Part shown: piece by piece, positions 24,701 to 37,112 of the stretch
How the letters are laid out: the number at the start of each line of letters is the position of its first letter
Numbering within the stretch: position 1 is the stretch's first letter
Origin: Lama guanicoe
Taxonomy: Eukaryota
Reading direction: 5' to 3'
NCBI GenBank assembly: GCA_013239625.1
Contig: MU053468.1
Span: forward strand, 62,001 to 126,000
Length of the DNA: 64,000 bases
Position numbers and translations under genes: made by a program
Notes under the pieces: generated by a model
What the model was told of the DNA's origin: nothing
Database searches by the model: none
Seen by the model: only the letters and a program-made list of their open reading frames with translations

Positions 24701-27700
24701 AGGCCTGCAGGTAGGAGGCGGGTCACAGAGGCCATTTAGAGATGGCAAAAACCATTCTCCTTGGTTGCATCTTGGAGACAGAAAACCAACCAAGACCTCC
24801 CCAATGCCCTTATCACCAGCATGGGAACACGCCCAAGAAGGTCTTCTTTAAGAGTGAAGGCTCAGCTTGGCTCCTCTCCTTCCCCGCCCCCTCCCGTGGA
24901 ACCTGGCATGACAGGAGGGAGGGTGGGTCCAGGTCTATGGGCCCAAGAGGCCCCTTTCTGCCCGGCCCCCTCACCCGTGGAACGAAGCGTCCTGGGCTTT
25001 TTTCTGGTTGTTGGTGCTGAAGTCCACCAAGGAGTCCAGGTGGGGCTGGAGAAACATGTCCCGCAGCCAGGCCACGTAGCCTTTGAGAGCCGGGGGACTC
25101 AGGAACCGCACGACCCGCCAGTAGGTAGGCGTGATAGGGAGGCCCTGGTTGGTGACGGACGTGAAGGCCACCACCATGTCCAACTGCCGCTCAGGGTCAT
25201 CCTGGCAGCCTTTCAGGAAGGCCTCCACGTACTCGTTCATCTCTGGAGCGAACTTGAACTGGTTTGGGAGCTGCAGAGAGTTGGGTACAGGATTGGGGGG
25301 TCACTGGCCGGGAGGGGTCGAACAGCCCCCGCCGCCAGCCTCTTCTACATTGGGTCACATCAGGGCCCGGGAAGTCTCCTCCCTGGCGCCCCACCAGGCT
25401 GGGCTGCCCTGTTGCTCCAGTGCTTAATCTTTGTAACGACCCTTCGCACAAAGGGTGTAATTGTTTTGCACATGAAGAAAATGAGGCACAAAAAAGCTTA
25501 GACGTAATTTCTGAGGGTCACAGGGCTCCAACGGTGCAGCTGGGGTCTGACCCCAGTCAGTCGGGCCCCCTAGTCTGCACTCTCAATCACCGCTCCGTAC
25601 TTTCTGCGCCTGTCCCTCGCCCCGAGGACCGGAATGGCAGCTCTCCCAAGCCAGCTGTAGGGATGAAGTGAGCACACCCAGCAAGCCCAGCTGTGCTTCT
25701 GTGCACGGGGCACTGCTTTAAGCGCCCATGGATGCTAGCCTGGCTATCCTCGTAACAAGAGGAAGGAACTGCTCCTCTTGTCTCCGGAACAAGCAGAGGC
25801 GGGCACAGGGAAGGGAGGCCACCTGTGCACAGTACACAGCTAACTGCTATGGTGTCAGGGCTGGAGTCCGGCGTCTGGTCCCCGATTCCATGCTCTTAAC
25901 TACTACTTGATTCTCCTGTCGAGCACTTTGGGGTGTGGGGTGCGTGGACGGTGCTGAAAACAGCATCAGTGATGACTGTTCTTAGTGTGACCGCTGGGGG
26001 GGGAGGGGGGTCTGGACAGACCGCTGGCTGTCCGTGCCTGGGCTGAGGGGCGTGAAGGCAGAAGGGCTGGCCCTGCCACACTCCGTTCAGAGAGGAAGAT
26101 GGGAAGGGGGGCTCAGGTAGCTCACTTTACCCATAGGAAAAAAAGACACCCACATCCCAAGTCCCTTCCAACAGCAGCTGTGACTGCCCGTCCCAGGCAG
26201 GACCACTGACACCAAAAGCAATCCTCTCTTGCAGCAGCGGGCTGACACCCGAGGCCCACCGCCCACAACAGTGCAGGAAGCAGCCCCGTCGCCTGGCCCT
26301 TTCTGGCAGTGTGGACCACAGGAGGTGGCACCCACCTTAGCAGTGACCACGTGCTCCCCATAATGTCGGATCAGGTCTCCCTGCATCACCAGCTGCAGCT
26401 GCTCCTTGGACAGCAGGGGCAGGGCCGTGCCCAGCAGGCGGAAACACAGGTAGCTAAGGGGGTGCATGACAGAGCCTGGTCAGAGCCCTCGGTCCCCAGG
26501 GACCACTGGCCCACCCCCGCTTAACAGGGGAGAGAGGATGGAGAGAGGCCACGCGTCCACGCACCTGACCGGCCAGAACTGCTTCTTCAGGAGCCCTTGC
26601 TCTACAACCTCCTTCCAGAACCGTGAGAACACGTCCTCCTGGAGCGCCAGGCGGAGCAGCTCCAGGGCCATGGCGGGCAGCTTGCGTTCCTTTTTCATAG
26701 AGGAGGCTGCCATCTTTAGCACTGTCACCAGCCTGTTGAGGAGGGCAGAGGGGACTCAGAGGGCACCCCCAGAACAATTAAAGGGCCAGGCGCCTGGGAC
26801 TGAAGGGACGCCCACCCCCATGGACCAGAGCCCAGCCGCCCACCTCCCTCACACCTGGGGATGTTCTCATCCGAGAACAGGTTGACTGGTCCCAGTAGCT
26901 TCTCCAGCTTCTCGGGCACCTTCTGCTGCGCCAAGAGGAAGAGCTCCAGGTGCTCAGGTGAGCCAAGTACTGAACTCAAGTCAGCTTTGAGGACCTTCGG
27001 CAGGACCTCCTGCAACACAGCCTCTGGGACCTGGTGTGGGGAGACAGGATGAGGGAGGGGGGCTCCTTCACAGCATCCTGTCTCCCTGCCGTGGGGGTGA
27101 ACGCTTTGGGCCTTATTCCACCTGCCAGGCTCCCACGAGGATTCTGGCACAGTGCCAGCCTGAGAAGGGTCAGCCACAATCCACCTTGCTGGGCATCAGA
27201 ACCATCAAAGGGTATCTGTTAAAATGCTCAAATTCCCAAGTCCCAGGAAGCTGGGTCTTTAACAAGCATCCCACTGATGTTAACTGGCCCGGGGCCACTC
27301 CTTTAATTATTCCTCTTTCAGGTTTTTCAGGACTATCCCATTTCTTATACAAGGAACCCCAAGTGGAGAGCTAGGATTCAAGTTCAGGTGCAGAAAGGCC
27401 CAGCCTGGGACATGCCAGCCAATCCCTTCCTTTTCCCCAGTAACAAAGGATTCTAGGTATTGGCCCATCTCCGTTTCCCAAGTTGGGCACGGGGGGTCTC
27501 TGAGGGGCCAGTTCTGCCCAAAATAACAATGGCAAATGTGTTTAGCCCCCTTGTCACATGCCAGGTGCTGTTCTAGAGCTGCACTGTGCAATACGGAGCC
27601 ACTGGCCACACAGGAACACTGAGCACTTAGAATGCGCTAATCTGAATGGAGATACGCTGTGAGTGTAAAACACACGCTGGACTTGAGACTTAATATGCAC

Positions 27701-29536
27701 CCCTCCTCACCCAAAAAACCTCTACAGTTTTTTTTTATACTCTTTACACATTAAAGTAACACTTCAGATATGTTAAATCAAGTAAAATATGTTACTAAGT
27801 TATACTTATCTTTAACTTTTTATAAACATAGTTACTATGAAATGTCAAGCTATACGCTTTTATTTCCACCAGATGGTGCTACATTTCCATGCACCAACTC
27901 GCATCCTCTCCCTGTTCTGTAACAGGTGGTGCTACCCAAGGCCCCACTGCCCCACAGCTGCGAAACCTGTACCTCAGAGAGGATGTCCACCAGGGCCTTC
28001 TGGGGCTGCTCCTGCAAGTGGTTGTAGTGCTGGCCCAGGACTTGCAGCAGCTTGACCGACTTCATCAGTGCCTCGGAGTCCTGGTACCCCCAGAGGGGGA
28101 GAGGGGATGAGCAGGGCGTGCCACCCTTCCCCATCACTCCCAAGCCAGCCCACATCCCTCCTTACATCCCCAAAGCTCTTACCTTCACCAGCCTGCCTGA
28201 CTGAAAGAGGGCTAGCACCCCAAACAGGTTTGCGAAGAGAGCTGGTCTCACCATCCCCTAGAAAAAGGATTCCAGGCCCTGGTGAGAAGGGCCCAAGTGT
28301 TCCCCACCCTGGGCTCCTGACTTCCCTGGGGCCACTCACTCTCACCTTCTTCACCTTCTGCAGGTCATACTTCTCTTGTATCTGCTGCAGGATGCTGCAC
28401 AAGGGGATGTCTTCGAAAGACTGTAACAGCTGCCAGGACGAAGAGAGGGCTGCAGGGGAGTGGTCCAGCCACATTCCTCAGACCTCAACCTCCTCCCACT
28501 TCTCCCTTCAACTCTGCCCAGAGGCCTTGGCCGAGGCCAAGGATGTCTCTGATGGAACACTGCTGTGAATGGAGTTGAATCTTGTCTCCCTGCCTCATGT
28601 CCAACTGGGGTTCAGAAAGTAACTTTTGCCCCTAGATCCTAAAGGGCTTGGGTCTCTACTGCCCTTTCATCACTCCACACTCCTTACAGGTGGCCTAAAA
28701 TTAGCTAAGTGCCCGTTGAGGGGAAAGGGCCTTGAACCCTGCAGAGATAAGGGAACCCACTCCAAAGCTTATTGCCTTCAATCAATGTACCTTGGTGGCT
28801 GGTCAATCCATGTACCCAAAAACAAACTTGCTCAACCTCCTACCCCACCTGCCTGGGCTTTTCTGCAGACAGGACTTGCTCCCACACTTTCTTTACATCC
28901 ACGTGGGGACACCTCCCTTCTGCTCAGATGCCACCTCCCCCACCCACAACTTCTTAGCTGCCACTTCCCCTGCAGCTGAGGCATCTGCCCTCCTCACTCC
29001 CTAGCGTTTTGACCAGCACGGCTGGTTCCCTTCCAGGACCGACCACTCACCTGTGCCAGGGCCAAACTGTAGCAGGGCCGGGCGGTTTCCCGTCCGCCGC
29101 CGAGCCCAGTGATTAGGCGCTTCAGGGCGTACTTCATCTCGGATGACCCCTGCAAAATCAAGCACAACCTCAGGTGGGCCAGTGAGAAGAATCATCTGGC
29201 ACCCGCCCACGTCGGCCCTCAGCGCGCGCTCACCTGGGCATCCAGGTTCGCGACCCCGTGCCCCAAGTCCCACCGCCACATCTTTGCCGGAATCTACGCA
29301 ACCTCCTGCCTCAGGCCCCGCTACCATACCCTTGGCCTTGTGCGCAGATACTCCAGCAGCTTCTCTGTGGCCTCAAGCCGCGTCTCTTGTTGCGGCTTCG
29401 CAATGTCCCAGAAGAAGTCCAAGAACTCGCGGCTGTGCTTCAGCAGGCCATGACGGTCGGCAGGCCGGGCGCCGCTCTTCGGGGCCTCTCCAGTAGACAC
29501 AGCCTCAGCGACTCCCATATTCTCCATCTCCGCCAT
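15794..29536 (-). CDS. MYBBP1A: Myb-binding protein 1A (nucleolar, Pol5-like), complete, 26 coding exons, 1346 aa
   Basis: Exons 5'->3': 29536-29330, 29149-29051, 28429-28346, 28257-28183, 28080-27973, 27030-26855, 26732-26565, 26453-26336, 25270-24975, 24704-24594, 24187-24062, 23868-23701, 23607-23502, 21993-21897, 21788-21637, 21297-21211, 21129-20971, 20892-20716, 20611-20454, 19285-19033, 18805-18680, 18591-18523, 17970-17857, 17659-17558, 16669-16533, 16361-15794. Sum is 4041 nt, in frame, all GT-AG. Signature peptides HSREFLDFFWDIAKP, EPPWVEVLVEILLALL and the basic tail KRKKKGFLPETKKRKKRK. Confidence 0.97.
27575..27885. mobile_element. MER33/MER3-like hAT-Charlie MITE
   Basis: GCTGCACTGTGCAATACGGAGCCACTGGCCACA...TGAGCACTT start and AT-rich body. 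Confidence 0.5.
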
Positions 29537-29539
29537 GCT

Positions 29540-29680
29540 GGCCGAACACGTGGGCTCCAAAGACTGCCTCTTCCAGGTCAGGTCCCGGCGCATGCGCACT
29601 GGGTTGGGTCGGCTGGGGGCGGGGCTAGACGGGAGCGGAGCCGGCTGGAGGCGGAGCCGGGCGTGGCTGCCAGGCCCTTC
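29540..29680 (-). promoter_or_regulatory. MYBBP1A CpG-island promoter: NRF1 site, E-box, GC box
   Basis: GCGCATGCGCA at 29588-29598 (NRF1 consensus), CACGTG at 29547-29552, GGGGCGGGG at about 29616-29624; CpG-rich from about 29050 to 29680. Confidence 0.75.
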
Positions 29681-30508
29681 TGCTCTCAATCAGGCAGCCC
29701 AGGAGTTTGGATTTCATTCTGAGTGTGATGGGAGGTCATTGAAGGATTTTATGCAGGAACGAGCCCTGATCCTATTTACGTTTTTAACAGATTATTCTGC
29801 TGCTATGTGGGGGATGGATTGTAGGAGAGCCAGGGTAAAAGCAGGAAGACCAGCTGGAGACAATGGTGGATTGGACCAAGGTAACGTGAGAAAGTTCCAG
29901 CTGATCTGGAGCTGGTAGTGGGTTATGGAATGCTAGGTTTGGGGGTTAAAATAACTGGGTAGATTGTGTACCATTTACTGAGCTGAGAGAATTGTTTTTG
30001 TTGGAGGAAGGGGGAGGCAGAGGCGATGGGACCAAGATTTTTGTTACATCAGAGATACCTTTTACAGTGCCGGGGAGGAGTACTACTGGCCACTCCTGTT
30101 TCTTGGCCTGAGAAGCTGTCTTTGGGTTATTGTAGTTCAGAGAGACCCCAACCCTTGGAGAGGTGGGGAGGCGAGGGCCAACCCCGCCAGCCTTGAAATT
30201 CCACACACCCAGCTCCAGCCCCTGCCCCTGTCACTCCCTACTCACCCTCTCAACCCCTTCGTTGCTCTACTGTATTTCAGAAAGTGAGAATAAACCATTT
30301 ACTATGTACATTTGGTACTTGGTGTCCCAGGAGGAAGAGAAGGTGAGCAGAGCAAGGGAAAGCTGAAAAGACATGAGCCTGGCTCCGCATCCCTGGTTGT
30401 GAGTCTCCTGCGCTGCCCACGAAGAAGCCCAGACACCAGCTGCCTCAAACGCTGATGTGAAATTAACCAAGAAGGCGGAACGGCACATGGTGTCCAGGAG
30501 ACTTGCTC

Positions 30509-30514
30509 TTTATT
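30509..30514 (-). terminator. GGT6 polyadenylation signal AATAAA
   Basis: TTTATT on the + strand, about 380 nt downstream of the GGT6 stop at 30894. Confidence 0.65.
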
Positions 30515-30893
30515 TTGTTCCCAGCCCAGTTGAGGGCGATCAGCAGAGTGTGGCCTGAAGGGGAAGACGGAAATGCCAGATGCATGCTCTGCCTATGATC
30601 CCAGAGCCTAGGCAGGGGTGTGGCATTCTGCCACCTGTCCTTCCCAGAGCTGGATCTGAACTCAGGGCTGTCCCCAGGCCCTGGTGTTCTTTCCTCATTA
30701 TCCTCAGGGTCCTTAGCTGAAAAAAGACCTGGAACTCAATTCTAGCAACTGACCAGGCTGGAAGTTGAGGGCCCGAGCCAGCAGTGAACACATAACCGAT
30801 GCACATTCTTTATGCACTCCATTGCCCTGCCCCTGTCTCCAGGCTTGAGACCTCTACTCCCACCGCCCTCCCTGCCAGACACTTCCCCCCACC

Positions 30894-33699
30894 TTAAAAC
30901 CCCTGGGAGGGGCAGCAGCCACTGGGGACACTGGAGACATGGGCATGCTCTGCATGGGCTGCCACCTGGAGCAGGGTCCCTTGGATACAAGGTCTGGGGC
31001 TCTTGGTGGGTCCTTGCTGAGCATGGGTTTGGGTTTGGGGCCTTACCAGGTGGCTGAGCAAGGTATGAGTCATGACTCTGGCCACTGCGGGGGTCCCTGA
31101 AGCCACCAGCCCCAACACGTCAGCCTCATTGTCATCCAGCTTGCCACAGAGGATGAGAGGACAGGCCCAGGCAGCAGACTTGGCTACCAGGTTGCTAAGT
31201 AGAACCCCAGTGCTTGGGGACAGGTGTCCAGAGCCGAAGGAGCTGTTGAGCGAGGAGGTGAGAAGCAGCACAGAGCCGCCGCTGTCCACAGTGGCCAGGA
31301 CACTGCTCCCGGGGGTCCCAGCAGCTGGGAGGCGTGGTGGGCAGGGGTCACCAGATGTGGTGGGCCCTCCAGACTGTTGAGCTGCCTCTAGCAGCTATTT
31401 GGGGCCTTACCAGGTGGCTGAGCAAGGTATGAGTCATGACTCTGGCCACTGCGGGGGTCCCTGAAGCCACCAGCCCCAACACGTCAGCCTCATTGTCATC
31501 CAGCTTGCCACAGAGGATGAGAGGACAGGCCCAGGCAGCAGACTTGGCTACCAGGTTGCTAAGTAGAACCCCAGTGCTTGGGGACAGGTGTCCAGAGCCG
31601 AAGGAGCTGTTGAGCGAGGAGGTGAGAAGCAGCACAGAGCCGCCGCTGTCCACAGTGGCCAGGACACTGCTCCCGGGGGTCCCAGCAGCTGGGAGGCGTG
31701 GTGGGCAGGGGTCACCAGATGTGGTGGGCCCTCCAGACTGTTGAGCTGCCTCTAGCAGCTCTAGGAGTTCTGGGCCAGCTGAGGGGCTGGGGGTGGTGAA
31801 CAGGATGCCCTGCGGCACAGGCAGTCGCAGTGCTGGCTCCAAGGTGGGCCTGGGCCCAGCTGAGGGGCCCTCCAGCCCCAGGTCTCGGGCCAGAAGGCTC
31901 AGTAGGGCATCCCCAGTGAGGTCTGGGGTGGGGGCAAGTGCAGCCCTGTGTAGCACAGCTGCCAGTTGGGGGTTGATGGCTCGGGCCCCAGGTCCCAGGG
32001 GGGTCCCATCAGTATGGCAAAGGAGTGGACAGATGCCCTTTGTGCCCTGGGCTGCCAGAGCCCTGGCAAGGGGTGTGTCCACCAGGAAGCCCTCTTGAGC
32101 CAGCGTGGTGGGGCCCACCAGCAGGCGTGGCCAGGGCAGGCGGCCGAAGTGGGTGTGTAGCAGGCGCAGGGCAGGTAGAGCCGAGGGCAGCCCCAGGCCG
32201 GGGGCCAGGGTCTGGGCTGGGCCTGATGTCAGGGCAGTTGAGTTGCCTGAGGAGCTATTGTAGAAGAGGCCCCAGAACATGGCACCTGGGAGGAGACAAA
32301 GGGGTCACACAGGGGTCAGGGGCACAGACTGGGGACAAGGGCACTCAGTAGTCCCAGGTGAAGGGTCAGTGACTTAGCCTGGGGTCAGGGGTTACTGACT
32401 AGGTCTGGAGACAGGGGTCAATAACCAGGCCCGGGGTCAAGATCGCACTGATCTGGAATCAAGGGTCACAGCCTAAGGTGGGGGCTACTGCCCAAGTCCT
32501 GGCTCCTACCCACTAGCCAGCCTTGAGGTCAAGGCCACTGACTGCCTGAGTTCCAGGTTACTGATCAGACCCAGGGTTGGGGTCACCATCTGGGGTTGTC
32601 ACTGACCTAGCCCTGTGGTGTGTGGATGCACCACTGCCAGACACAAAGCCGCTCCAATGCCAGCATCCACGACGTTGCCCCCGGCAACAAGCAACTCCCG
32701 GCCCAGGTGGGAGCATGTGGCTGCAGCAAGAAAGGGACTGTCGTGGAGAGGCGGGCTGGGACCAGTGACCCCAGCCTCTTCCGTCCCCTGAGCCGCTCCT
32801 GGCACTGACCTGCAGGGCTGATGATGGCACCATGGGGGTACACGCCAGGGCCGTGGGAATGCCTGCTGGGTGGAGGGGCCCCAGAGCCCAATGTTCCTGG
32901 AGAGCCACTGCTGCTGTGGAGTTGCCTCACGGCCAGGGAGAAACCAACGGCCAGCAGCAGCAGGGCAGCCACGAGTCGGGCCCAGGCCCCGGGCAGACCT
33001 CCAGCCTTGTTCCTGCAGAGAGGGATGTCCTGAGCCAGGGCCAGGTGGGGGGACCCCCCAAGAACCCCATGAGAACCCAGGGAATAATTCCCAAAAGGTT
33101 TGGTCTTGCTTGTGAGAGTGTAAGTCTGCAAGAGAAAAGGCCTCCTGGCAGAAGACAGAGGTGGGAGTGAGCTGGGGGAAACTGAGTCTCTGGAGAGGGG
33201 GCTGGAGAGGTAGGGTCTGGCCAGTCTGGAGGGATGCCTGAGGGGGCCTTGGCAGGCTGGAGGAGCAGGGGCCGGCCAGGTGTAGCCAGGCCCAACCTGC
33301 CCAGCAAGTGTCTCCTGCTGGGGGTGGGGGCTGGGAGCCTTTGGCAGGGCTGGCTTGGTACAGATGTCCCTTCAGATGCACAGGCCTTGGATTGACTGGC
33401 ACAGGCCAGGCCTGGAGCTGTAGCCCAGGCTCCCCTCTTTCAGCCAGAAAGTTTCCTGAACTGGCCAAGCACAGGGTTGTCTGGCCCTCCTTAGGGGCCC
33501 CAGAGGGAGGGACTTGCCAGCCTCAGGTCTGAGTTGCTGGGTGCCCAGGCTGCCCCCAGACTCACCCAGAGGAGTCCTGGGGCCCCCAGGGATCCGGAAT
33601 GAGCTGCTCTGATATCTCCTCCTCTTCCTCCTCGGACTCTAAGCTTGGCTCCCAGACCAGCAGCTTCTGGTAGAGCACAGGCCCTGCTTCGGTTTCCAT
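30894..33699 (-). CDS. GGT6: Gamma-glutamyltransferase 6; last exon carries an internal tandem duplication that frameshifts the C-terminus in this sequence
   Basis: Exons 33699-33566 (METEAGPVLYQKLLVWEPSLESEEEEEE), 33012-32810 (TM anchor ARLVAALLLLAVGFSLAV), 32720-32607 (GGNVVDAGIGAALCLAVVHPHTTGLG), 32285-30894. With one repeat unit removed the CDS is 1479 nt (492 aa) ending ...SSVPSGCCPSQGF. As written it stops at 31348 (462 aa). Confidence 0.93.
31034..31760. repeat. Direct tandem duplication, 2 x 363 bp separated by a single A at 31397
   Basis: 31034-31396 and 31398-31760 read identical by eye; the ORF track gives the same 102-aa translation at 31072 and 31436 (offset 364). Confidence 0.97.
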
Positions 33700-34260
33700 G
33701 GCCCCACAGCACCTGCCCCAGCCTCCTTCCTGCCGGCCTTCCCAGCTGAGTCTCGGCAGGCCCTGCCCGAGCCGGTGGGTGGGAGGTGGAGGCAGCCTTG
33801 GGGAAGGGTGGTGTGGAATTAGAACAGGTCTGGGCAGGGCATGGGGCCAGGTAGGCAGTGCGTGAGCCTGCCGCACTGGGGCACAGGGCCTGAGGGTCTC
33901 TCATGGCAGGGACCTTGTCAGGGAACACAGCTCAGCAAGGAAGGAGGGGCCCAGCCCTAGGGCCACAGCCACAGGCCCTGGGACCCAAGGCACCTGCTGG
34001 CCCTTCGCTTTAGGGGGTGCTGTCCTTGGATCCCCTGGCCTGTTCTGGCTCTAATCTAGGGCCAGGGGAGCTTGAATGAGAATTGGAGTTACACTGGCTT
34101 GGACCAGGGCTCAACATGTGACTAGGTTCCAGTGTAGGGGTGTCTCATCTCCAGCTGGGGTTAAGGCTCAGCCAGAGGCCACTCCAGGTCTGGGTTTCTC
34201 TATCTGGGGAGCAACTTGGGTGGTGAAGTCAACTCCCTGGGCACGTCATGTGGCTCTTGT

Positions 34261-34274
34261 CCAGCAGGTGGCGC
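34261..34274 (+). promoter_or_regulatory. CTCF core motif
   Basis: CCAGCAGGTGGCGC matches the CTCF consensus CCASYAGRKGGCRS. Confidence 0.55.
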
Positions 34275-34769
34275 CATAGACCACCTGGAGAGCGACAGCC
34301 TGGAAACTAGGCATTTCCAAGTTCCTTCTCTCTGGGGTTCACATCAAGGAGCTGTTCTGTGGCAAAATCGTATAGCGCCAAAGAGTGCTGCAGTCTCATT
34401 TGTTCTTTAGTCATCTGTCTGCTGACCACGCTCTACCATGACCACTTCAAACCTCCATCTCCCCTGCTTCAGACCCTGAAATCTCCACCATGCACTCTCA
34501 GCACACCATCTGTCCTACTTCATGTAGGAAAGACAGACACAAGGAGCCCCCGTGCACACCCCCAGCTACAAATCCGCCTTCCACACCGCTCCACCTGTTG
34601 CAATGGAAAAACCATTCCCTGCCTCTGGTTCTGGCCCCCACCCCTCGCATCTCTTGCCTCCCGCCTCCCCAGGGACCTCTTTCTCTCACTGACCCCTTCT
34701 CTCCTGTTAGCTTCGTGTCTTTTCTGCTGATTCTCTCTTAACAGCATTTAAACAGGATCGAGTCTTCAG

Positions 34770-35230
34770 AAATTCCTCTCCTAGGTTCTAGGTATGCTCA
34801 CAACAGGCATGGACTTGAATGTTCATAGCTGCACTGATTGCAACAGCCCCGTATTGGGAAGCCCACACTCAGTAGTAAGTGGTGTCGTCGCGGTGGACTG
34901 CTTCGCCGCGGTGAGAACGAGGGCTCTACAGGCAGATGCAACAACGTAGGTGGATCTTGCAAACGCACGGGGAGTGAAAGAAGCCAGGAAGGAAAGACCA
35001 CATCCTATTTGCTTCCACTTATATCAAGTCCAAGAAGAGGTGAAACTCGTCTCTGTCATTATACGTCAGAAAGAAGGCGGCATGAGAGGGCTGCTGGTGT
35101 TCTGCTTCCCAGTCTGAGGTTAGTTACGTGGCTTCCTCAACAGGGAAGCGCACCCAACTGTTGTACATTTGTGACACGTGTGTTTTTCTGGAGGTATGTT
35201 GCATTTCAATAAAAAGTTGTTAGAAAAAAG
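34770..35230 (+). mobile_element. Old L1 3'-end fragment
   Basis: GAATGTTCATAGCTGCACT..., GAGTGAAAGAAGCCAG..., terminal CAATAAAAAG. Confidence 0.55.
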
Positions 35231-37112
35231 CTCAAGTGTTTTCTACATTACAACAACGACCACAGAAACCATCCTTTAATCCCATTTATCTCTCCAACCA
35301 CTTTCCTTTCCTCGAGATTCTGACTTTGTAGGTCTGGGGTAGGGACCAGGACTTTGCTTTCCTGACTCCCAGGTGATGCTGCTGCCACCAATCTTAGAAC
35401 AAGCACTGATCTACAAAAGATGTACACCTGCTGTCTCCTCTGCCTTGCCTCTTATTTTCCCCCTCAGCCCACTACAAGCTGGCTTCCACCCCCAACCCCC
35501 CAGAGAAAACTTCAGTTTCTAGGTTTTCTAATTTCTTAATAACCAACTAACCAAACAACAAACTGGATATACTAGTATAGAGTGGTCAATTTTTTATTTT
35601 GCCAAGGGTTGGGACAAATCACAATTACCATCTGTTCCCATTTCATAATATAATTTGATTTCACTTTCTGTGAACATGATTGTGGGAAGGTTGTAACGTC
35701 AGAATAAAGGTCGGTACTTCCTTCCTAATAAAAGGCAATTGGGAACCTTGTGTGTCTATACTGGCCCCATCTCCTGCCCCATCCTCAGCCTGGCCTCTGG
35801 GCTCCTTTGGTCCAGCAGACATTCTTTAGCATCTGTCCAGCCAACATTCCTGTCCTTAGAATGATCCCCTGGCAAGCTCTTTGGGACCAAGACCTCCACT
35901 GACTGGGTCCTGGGACCTTTCCCTATGTGGTCTTTCTCACTCCCACTAAGCCTGGACAGGACTGCCCCACACCCCCAGGGATGTCTATTAGCTAAGCTGC
36001 AATTAGATGCCCGACAGGCTCTGGGGATGAATGGTGGTCAGGCCAAGGGGCTCCAGGGGCAGATGGAGCCATTCACTTCTGTGGGACTTGGGAATGGCCC
36101 TGGCTTCTGGAGACCTGGGTCTGGTCCAGTTTCTACCATTGACTCCTGTGTGACTGCAGGCAAGTCGTCTGGGAATCTTGACTCTATGCCTATAAACAGG
36201 GTCCATCATGGATCTATCCGCCCAGGGTGGTTGTGAGGATTCAACAAGGAAATACATTTAGGGCATTTAGACCAGTGCCTGCTACAGAGTGGACCCTCCA
36301 AAAACATGAGTTCCTTTCTCTCTACAGGCCTCTGTCGGCTAAACCCTGCAGGTCTGCAGGCCTCAGAATTGCCCAGCCACGAGCCCAAAGAAAGACATCA
36401 ATGATTTATTGGGTAGAGATTCTTACGAGTCCAAAGTGAATGCCTGGAGCGACAGCACACCATGGACAGTGGACAGCAAGCAGGATGTGGAAACAAGCTT
36501 GGTTACTCAGGGGAGGAGGAGGCTACCATTTCTAGCAGGAGTTGATGTCAGATTGGCTCATTAGTTACCAGGGAAACCGGCGGCTGGGGCAGGGGGCAAG
36601 CGCACAGGTAGTTACTGATTAAACCCTATGATTAAGCAGATTGGCTAGTCATGTGAGCCTTACAATGCTAAAATGACGTGGGTAAGCCTCGTCCCTGCAA
36701 CTAAACACACGTATCACGCACACACACACAAACACGTGCACACCCTCTCACAGGGTCCTCTGAGTGATGTGTAGGACTGTAGATTCCTTCATGCACTCAT
36801 TCATTTATTTTTTATTAAAGTATAATTAATTTACAATATTATATTAGTCTCAGGTTCCAACATAGTGATTCAGTATTTTCAGATTGTATTCCATTGAAAT
36901 TATAAAAAACAGCTATACTGATGTCTTCGCCCATTTCCTCATTTCCTCGCTCATTCATTCTCTTATCCTAATAGTTCTCAACTCTGTCCTAACGGTTCTA
37001 CACATTAGAAACACCTGTAAGCTTTAAAAGCTCCTAATACCCAGGCAGACCAATTACATAATTTAATCAGAATCGTTAGGTTGGAGATCTTTTTTTTTAA
37101 GCTCTCTGAGTG

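Noticed and set aside
29537..29689. In-frame N-terminal extension of MYBBP1A
   Set aside because: The upstream ATG lies inside the NRF1 promoter motif and probably upstream of the TSS; ATG 29536 has a good Kozak context (AGCATGG) and matches the expected N-terminus.
30894..31289. Separate GGT light-chain-only gene
   Set aside because: It is the second copy of the intra-exonic duplication, starts at GTG, and has no promoter or acceptor of its own.
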